From positions 25,538,630 through 25,579,859 of the forward strand of contig NC_057720.1 of assembly GCF_004010195.1 (NCBI RefSeq): a stretch of 41,230 nt of DNA, written 5' to 3'. Position numbers and translations under genes: made by a program. The stretch is from Chiloscyllium plagiosum. Taxonomy: Eukaryota. Within the stretch, counting starts at the first letter, position 1. Every line of letters begins with the position of its first letter. Of the stretch, positions 35,047 through 41,230 are shown one piece after another. The notes beneath the pieces were generated by a model. It saw only the letters and a list, made by a program, of their open reading frames with translations. It was not told where the DNA came from and ran no database searches.

Positions 35047-35185
35047 TGATGTCGAGGTGCAGGTGTTGGACTGGAGTGGACAAAGTTAAAATTCATACAA
35101 CATCAGGTTATAGTCCAACTGGTTTATTTGAAACTACGAGCTCGTACTTTCAAATAAACCTGTTGAAATATAATCTGGTGTTGTG
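35047..35185. mobile_element. Penelope-like fold-back insert (family P3)
   Basis: Palindrome centred on TACGAG|CTCGTA (35135-35146); 12-bp TSD TCCTTTAAGTCA at 35035-35046 and 35186-35197. Confidence 0.75.
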
Positions 35186-35250
35186 TCCTTTAAGTCAGTT
35201 ATTCTGAGTTTAATTTTGTTTTAAAAGTTATCTGAAATTACTCCAAAGAA

Positions 35251-35914
35251 ACCTTGGAGTGCAGGTTCAAAGTTCCTTGAAAGTGGAATCACAGGTAGAT
35301 AGGATAGTGAAGAAGGTGTTTGGTATGCTTTCCTTTATTGGTCAGAGCATTGAGTATCGGAATTGGGAGATCACGTTGCAGTTGTACAAATATTGTGTGC
35401 AATTTTGGTTTCTCTCCTATCGGAAGGATATTGTACAACTTGGAAGGGTTCAGAAAAGATTTACAAGGATGTTGCCAGGGTTGAAGAGTTTGAGCTAGAG
35501 GAAGAGGCTGAACAGGCTGGGGATGTTTTCCCTGGAGCGGTAGAGGCTGAAAGGTGACCTTATAGAGATTTATAAAATCATTCGGGACATGGATAGGGTA
35601 AATAGACAAGATCTTTTCCCTGGGGTGGGGGAGTCCAGAACTAGAGGGCATAGGTTTACAGTGAGAGGGGAAAGACATAAAAGAGACAAAAGGGGCAACT
35701 TTTTCATGGTGCATGTATGGAATGAGCTGCGAGAAGAAGTGGTATAATTACAACATTTAAAAGGCATCTGAATGGGTATATGAATATGAAGGGTTTAGAG
35801 GGATATGGGCTAAATGCTGGCAAATGGGACTAGAATAATTTAGGATATCTGGTCGGCATGGACAATTTGGACTTAAAGGTCTGGTTCCGTGCTGTAGATT
35901 TCTATGACTCTAAG
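35251..35914 (+). mobile_element. CR1 (HER1-like) LINE 3' part
   Basis: ORF 35259..35498 SLKVESQVDRIVKKVFGMLSFIGQSIEYR...RVQKRFTRMLPGL; CTATGACTCT tail. Confidence 0.9.
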
Positions 35915-36022
35915 AATTCCATGGAGGCCAGTATCCCATCACCAATGAGATCCACCTGGCACACCTTGTTCCAATCACTACATTATCAGCCTCTTTCAGA
36001 AAAACTTGACTTACTCTTGTGT

Positions 36023-38322
36023 CATAAGGCAGGACAGGTGACTGAGGTGTCAGTGGAGGAGCACTTTGGGGCCAGCGACCATAATTCTAATAGTTGTAAA
36101 GAGTGATGGAAAAGGATAGATCAGATCTAAAAGTTGAAGTTCTAAATTGGAGGAAGGCCAATTTTGATGGTATTAGACAAGAACTTTCAAAAGCTGGTAA
36201 AGGGACAGCTGGAAAATGGGAAGCCTTCATAAATGAGATAACAAGAGTCCAGAGAAAGTAAATTCCTGTTAGGGTGAAAAGAAAGGCTGGTAGAAATAGG
36301 GAATGCTGGATGACTAAAGAAATTGAGGGTTCGGTTAAGAAAAAGAATGAAGCATATGTCAAGTATAGACAGGATAGATTGAGTGGATCCTTAGAAGAGT
36401 AAAGGCAGTAGGAGTATACTTAAGAGAGAAATCAGGAGGGCAAAAAGGGGACATGAGAATGCTTTGGCAAATAGAGTTAAGGAGAATCCAAATGGTTTTC
36501 ATAAATACATTAAGGACAAAAGGGTAACTATGGAAAGAATAGGGACCCCTCAAAGATCAGCAAGACAGCATTTGCATGGAGCAGCAGGAGATGGGGGAGA
36601 TACTAAACAAATATTTTGCATCAGTATTTACTGTGGAAAAGGACATGGAAGATATAGAATGTAGGGAAATAGATGGTGACATCTTGAAAAATGTACATAT
36701 TACAGAGGAGGAAGTGCTGGATGCCTTGAAACGCAGAACAGTGCATAAATCCACAGGACCCGATCAGATGTACCCTAGAACTCTGTGGGAAGATATGGAA
36801 ATGATTGCTGGGCCTCTAACTGAGATATTTGTATCATCGATAGTCACAGGTGAGTTGCTGGAAGACTGGAGGTTGGCTAACGTGGTGCCACTGTTTAGGA
36901 AGGGTGGTAAGGACAAGTCAGGGAACAATAGACTAGTGAGCCTGACATCAGTGGTGGGCAAGTTGTTGGAGGGAATCCTGAGGGACAGGATTTACATTTA
37001 TTTGGCAAGGCAAGGACTGATTAGGGATAATCAACATGGTCTTGCGTGTGGGAAATCATGTCTCACTAACTTGATTGAGTTTTTTGAAAAAGTAACAAAG
37101 AGGATTGATGAGTGCAGAGCGGTAGATGTGATCTAATTGGACTTCAATAAGGCGTTTGACAAAGTTCCCCATGGGAGGCTGATGAGCAAGGCCAGATGTT
37201 ATGGAATACAGAGAGAACTAGCCATTTGGATACAGAACTGGCTTAAAGGTAGAAGACAGAGGGTGGTGGTGTAGGGTTGTTTTTCAGACTGGAGGCTGTG
37301 ACTAGTGGAGTGCCACAAGGATCTGTGCTGGGTCCTCTACTTTTCATCATTTAAATAAATGATTTGGATGTGAGCATAAGAGGTATAGTTAGTAAGTTTG
37401 CTGGTGACACAAAAATTGGAGGTGTAGTGGATACCGAAGAAGATTACCTCAGATTACAACGGGATCTTGATCAGATGGGCCAATGGGCTGAGAAGTGGCA
37501 GATGGAGTTTAATTTAGATAAATGTGAGATGCTGCATTTTGGGAAAGCAAATCTTAGCAGGACTTATACACTTAATGGTAATGTCCTAGGGAGTGTTGCT
37601 GAACAAAGTGACCTTTGAGTGCAGGTTCAGATCTCCTTGAAAATGGAGTCGTAGGTAGATAGGACAGTGAAGAAGGCATTTTGTATGCTTTCGTTTATTG
37701 GTCAGAATATTGAGTACAGGTGTTGGGAGATCAAGTTGCGGATGTACAGGACTTTGGTTCGGTCACTGTTGGAATAATGCATGTAATTCTGGTCTCCTTC
37801 CAATCGGAAAGATGTTGTTAAATTTGAAAGGGTTCAGAAAAGATTTACAAGGATGTTGCCTGAGTTGGAGGATTTGAGCTATAGGGAGAGATTGAAGAGG
37901 CTAGGGTTATTTTCCCTGGAGCTTTGGAGGCTGAGGGGTGCCTTATAGAGGTTTATAAAATCATGAGGGGCATGGATAGAATAAATAGACAAAGTCTTTT
38001 CCCTTGGATGGGGGACATCAGAACTAGATGGCATAAGTTTAGGGTGAGAGGGGAAAGACATAAAAGAGACCTAAGGGGCAACTTTTTCACTCAGAGGATG
38101 GTACGTGTTTGGAATGAGCTGCCAGAGGAAATGTTGGAAGCTAGTACATTTGCAACATTTAAAAGGCATCTGGATGGGTATATGAATAAGAAGGGTTTGG
38201 AGTGATATGGGCCGGGTGCTGTCAGGTGGGACTAGATTAGGTTGGGATATCTGGTCAGCATGGACGAGTTGGGTTGAAGGATCTGTTTTCGTGTTGTATG
38301 TTTCTCTGACTCTATGACTCTA
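36023..38322 (+). mobile_element. CR1 (HER1-like) LINE ORF2 from endonuclease end to tail
   Basis: SDHN; ORF 36576..37136 LNKYFASVFT...RLVSLTSVVGKLLE...KSCLTNLIEFFE; GVPQGSVLGP; KFAGDTK; (CTATGACT)n tail. Confidence 0.92.
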
Positions 38323-38912
38323 ATTGTATCAAGTTATTGCTATGTTGCTCCCACTCTATGGTATGACTGATTTCACATTAATGTTCAGCTGGTGGTTTGT
38401 TATTTCATTGGATATCAACAATATTTTTAGAATGGACTGTAAAAAATGTAGTCATTACTGAGGCAAATAATACATAATAAACATGCCATTTCACCCTCTT
38501 CTATACATTTTCTGAATGCTAATTGTCTTACACTTTGTCTCTTGAAGGATCAGATAATCTATAGTAGAAGCTTCGTAAAATAAGTACCCTGTTGGAAATC
38601 ATGTATTAAAATTAGATTATAGTTATTAACATAAAATTACTAAAATAGTTCATTGAAAAATGTATTTTTATTTTGATCATTTTTAAGGTGGCATGACATT
38701 TTCCATTTTCTCCAGAATTATCTATGGCCAATTGGACTTTAAGAACTTTAGTTCTATCTATGTTTAATAACAACTCTCAAGATCTGTCAAGGGTAAAATA
38801 GATAGAGACCTTGTGAGAACATATTCAAGACATAAATGATGTTTTGTAGATAAGATAATGTTGAGAATCACACAACACCAGGTTATAGTTCAACAGGTTT
38901 ATTTAAAAGTAC

Positions 38913-38941
38913 AAACTTTCGGTGTGCTGCTCCTTCATCAG
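38913..38941 (-). ncRNA. Minimal hammerhead motif (left arm)
   Basis: Minus strand CUGAUGA-A-GGAG-CAGCA-CACC-GAAA-GUUU; both conserved boxes intact, one helix II mismatch. Confidence 0.55.
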
Positions 38942-38992
38942 ATAGTTAGTGCAGCCGGATCATAGGATACACGATCCTACTCCACTAGCTAC

Positions 38993-39021
38993 CTGATGAA
39001 GGATCAGCGCTCCAAAAGTTT
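38993..39021 (+). ncRNA. Minimal hammerhead motif (right arm), G12 decayed
   Basis: CUGAUGA-A-GGAU-CAGCG-CUCC-AAAA-GUUU. Confidence 0.5.
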
Positions 39022-40540
39022 ATACTTTCAAATAAACCTGTTGGACTATAACCTGGTGTTGTGTGATTCTCAAGTTTGTCGAACCCAGTCCAACACCGGC
39101 ACCCCACATCACTAAGAGAAAAAGAATAGTGCTTAACAGAAGTATGTTAACCTAGTTCTAATGTGTGAAACTGAACATAAACTGCACTCTCTGAGATTCA
39201 TGGAATTTAAAACCATAGCTTGGCTCCAGTCAATTCTACTAAATTAAGGGGCTATGCCAATCAATACTTGGCTAAGGAGACTCCTACTTTGACTGTCTTA
39301 TCAAAACACATCTTGTACGGAATATGGCTCACCCCATTCTAGAAATTGTATCATTTCCCCAGCCCAATGCCATTCCAAATGTTGGTGTCCTACTGGTAAA
39401 TTGTGTGGCCCTGATTTAAGTAAGTCATGAAGAACTTTGTTCTGATAATTAGTAGTATTGCAGTAGAAGACCAAAGATGCCAAAACTTGGTTAAAATGGT
39501 TATTAGAAATTTAATGATGTACATAGTATTTGTAGTGCACCCAAAGGAGGAGAAGAAATATGAAAGCTCATGTGTGCTGTGGATATAATTAAGCGTAATA
39601 TTGACATCAGTTCAGTGAGTAACTTTGACTTTAGACAAACCCAGGCCTATTGGGACAGTGTAGGTCAGCCACACACAAACAATTTTCATTAATTAGATCA
39701 ATGCAGGAGCTCAACAAAATGCCCAATTAACTGGTCAAGCCAAATTATACTCCAATATACTATCCTAATTAACTTTCTGAGGCCTAACAAATGTCCAGTT
39801 ACCATCACAGCTTGACAACAGGCACAGTTTCTCCATTTCCAATTTATCTTAATTTCAAAAGTGAGTATTTATCTCTCCTGCTCAAATTAAGGCTTCAGTT
39901 ACATTGTCACTATTAATTAATCCATGTCTATTATAGCAAGTCTGAATTAAAAGTTTATTGAACAGTAGGCCAAAGCAATTATAGTCTGGATTTTGGGGTA
40001 GTAATGTGATAGTAAGAGTTCCAGTATTCACTGTCATTACTCCACTGAAGCTGACAGCAACTTCTGGAGTGGGCAAAGGATGAACATGGACACCAAGAGG
40101 TTCCCATGATTCTCCACTGTATGTGCTGTTGAGGCATCCTCCAATAGCATGCAGTGGAAATCAATTTAATAAGAATTTGTACCCTTCCACTGTTAGTCTC
40201 ACTGCAAAACCCTTGAAAAACAACACTTTTTTCATAGGAAGTGAAACTGTGTTTTCAACAGTGAACTAACTTTACTGTTATTCTTCAGCATTCTCACAGT
40301 CTGAAAGTCTCCATTTATATTTGTGAAATGTCAACTTTTCTTTCCACAATGACAAAAAAAATTACGTAAAAAGACAAAATGGTTTCTGAAGAGAAGTATG
40401 AATTTTTAAAAAAATTAAACCTCTATCATAATCATTTACTTTGCCTTAAAAAAATCAAGTGATGAACCTTAATTGTTTTTAACTTCCTGATTTTCTGTAC
40501 AAGTACAGTTCAATGAGATTAACCCTATTTGTTAATGTCA

Positions 40541-40582
40541 AAAATCACATGACACTGGTTTATGGTCCAACAGGTTTATTTG
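40541..40582 (-). mobile_element. Short Penelope-like P3 fragment interrupted by a CR1 5' end
   Basis: AAATCACATGACACTGGTTTATGGTCCAACAGGTTTATTTG matches 38866-38904 and 35090-35130. Confidence 0.6.
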
Positions 40583-41230
40583 AGTGTGAGCAGCAGCTAA
40601 GGTAAGACAGTTTGTTTTAAAATTACTTACCGGTAGTGGGCAGCGGTGTTTTTTTTCTCTCTTTACAGAAAGAGCGGGAGCAGCAGGGGGAAGTGACGAA
40701 GACCAGAGGGGCAGCCGGGAAGGTTTTTTTTCCCTTTAAAAGCGCGCAGGAGCCTGTCCCCGTTACTCAGAAGGGAAGGGTGGAGATGAGCAGAGCAATA
40801 GTAATTGGGGACTCGATAGTTCGGGGCACAGATAAGCGGTTTTGTGGGAACGAGAGAGGCTCACGTTTGGTATGTTGCCTCCCAGGTGCAAGGGTACGTG
40901 ATGTCTCTGATCGTGTTTTCCGGGTCCTTAAGGTGGAGGGGGAGCAGCCCGAAGTCGTGGTCGACATTGGCACCAATGACATAGGTAGGAGGAGCGCTGA
41001 GGATGTTAGGCAGGCTTTCAGGGAGCTCGGTTGGAAGCTCAAAGTTAGAACGAACAGAGTTGTTGTCTCTGGTTTGTTACCTGTGCCACGTGATAGAGAG
41101 TCGAGGAATAGGGAGAGAGAACAGTTAAATGCGTGGCTACAGGGATGGTGCAGGAGGGAGGGATTCCGGTATTTGGATAACTGGGGTCCTTTCTGGGGAA
41201 GGTGGGACCTCTATAAACAGGATGATCTGC
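40583..41230 (+). mobile_element. Young CR1 LINE 5' region (5' UTR and ORF1), runs off window end
   Basis: 40750-41230 is homologous to CR1-B 20676-21125 but keeps its CpGs and has no stops. Confidence 0.85.
40786..41230 (+). CDS. CR1 ORF1 SGNH/GDSL esterase domain, open to window end
   Basis: MSRAIVIGDSIVRG...CLPGARV...DIGTNDIG...WDLYKQDDL(H): SGNH blocks I, II, III and V; 148 codons without a stop. Confidence 0.8.
   Translation, partial: MSRAIVIGDSIVRGTDKRFCGNERGSRLVCCLPGARVRDVSDRVFRVLKVEGEQPEVVVDIGTNDIGRRSAEDVRQAFRELGWKLKVRTNRVVVSGLLPVPRDRESRNREREQLNAWLQGWCRREGFRYLDNWGPFWGRWDLYKQDDL

Larger units (their letters stand above)
38861..39111. mobile_element. Penelope-like fold-back insert (family P3) with two divergent hammerhead motifs
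   Basis: 38861-38961 is the reverse complement of 38973-39073; extra tail CCCAGTCCAACACCGGCACCCCACATCA. Confidence 0.8.

Noticed and set aside
38740..39200. Ancient CR1 3' remnant around the P3 hairpin, with possible TSD TAAGAKAA
   Set aside because: Similarity too faint to call by eye, and the repeat is offset from the element ends.
39..41042. Remaining short ORFs in the supplied track as genes
   Set aside because: Nearly all are frames or antisense shadows of the transposon fragments listed, or short chance ORFs.

Overview
Repeat-saturated vertebrate genomic DNA. The repeat families (CR1/HER1-type LINEs, HE1-type tRNA-derived V-SINEs, Penelope-type tails) point to a cartilaginous fish, probably a shark; this is an inference. 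I found no host gene or intact protein-coding gene. Content: many CR1 LINE copies, including a nest CR1 > L1 > Penelope and CR1 > CR1, and a young 5' end with an open SGNH-esterase ORF1 at the window edge; four HE1-like SINEs; one L1-clade fragment; an old RTE LINE in three pieces; a Gmr1-type Gypsy LTR element (integrase before RT); Harbinger transposase and Myb remnants; and nine short Penelope-derived inserts, most carrying minimal hammerhead ribozyme cores and several built as fold-backs with target-site duplications. Main results read from the sequence: (1) one ~4.3 kb inversion (~29324-33600) explains the inverted Gypsy LTR pair (shared CTGT TSD), the flipped RTE 3' end and a split LTR-like element, and a hammerhead-bearing insert sits at one breakpoint; (2) the ends or symmetry centres of the hammerhead mini-elements fall on the ribozyme motif. 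Family names come from motif recognition, not database searches. Boundaries of old elements are approximate.
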